The notes below the pieces were generated by a model that was given only the letters and a program-made list of their open reading frames with translations, ran no database searches and was not told where the DNA came from. The position numbers and the translations under genes were made by a program. A stretch of DNA of 64,000 nt from Rhizaria sp. SCN 62-66 (taxonomy: Eukaryota), in NCBI GenBank assembly GCA_001724265.1, contig MEDY01000039.1, positions 1-64,000 on the forward strand. The letters are read 5' to 3'. Each line of letters begins with the position of its first letter. Within the stretch, counting starts at the first letter, position 1. Of the stretch, positions 63,569-64,000 are shown piece after piece.

Positions 63569-64000
63569 TTTGGTTTAAAGCTCGCCGAACAAACGAATGC
63601 GAAGAGCTTGAACAATTCGTGATTCCTCATCACCGTTCGGCGGCTTTACTTCGGGGGGACGGACTCGTTTTTTGCGAACCGATCAACAGCTGAGCCGTGT
63701 GAACACTCGATTTTTTTTTCGTCAACTTGATTATCTCTATATATACTCACCGGTCACTATTTGTCTTTTGGCCAAATTTTATAATTGAGAAACAATTTAT
63801 TGTATATTGTATATTATATTCAATTTTTGTGTTCAAATGTCACTATTTTAGCTGTTATAAATACATTCTTCGTTCTAGATAACGCACTCGAGCAAACCAT
63901 TTGTTACTCTCAAGACCGACTGACTTTAGCTTTACAAGAGGTAGGTCCAAAGGAAGTGATGCACACGATTCACAAACTCTTCCACCAAGTCCCTCTCATC

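Noticed and set aside
1-64000. tRNA (including a CUA suppressor), rRNA, CRISPR array or transposase
   Set aside because: None was recognisable by eye in the spacers or introns. A covariance-model scan is needed to exclude small RNAs.

Overview
This is nuclear DNA from a eukaryotic microbe: GC-rich coding regions, short AT-rich spacers and GT-AG spliceosomal introns of about 130-245 nt. I reconstruct ten protein-coding genes: a 5'-truncated Sushi/EGF/IPT/Cys-rich multi-pass membrane protein, a giant (~7,740 aa) SHPRH-type SNF2-RING protein, an AIR1/ZCCHC7-like zinc-knuckle protein, three ankyrin or ankyrin-like proteins, a 5-exon class I methyltransferase, OST4, a giant ankyrin-DHHC palmitoyltransferase and NDUFV1. 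The main result is an apparent non-standard nuclear genetic code. Six in-frame TAG codons interrupt three otherwise continuous genes on both strands, with no in-frame TAA or TGA. One of them lies between the two halves of the SNF2 ATPase. All ten gene ends I can reconstruct use TAA (6) or TGA (4), never TAG. The best reading is that UAG is a rare sense codon uncoupled from UAA; Gln or Leu are the likeliest meanings, but this window cannot settle it. Secondary features are a near-invariant GTACGT splice donor, very large low-complexity insertions inside conserved domains, very long exons, and self-complementary introns. All calls are from manual reading, without database searches.
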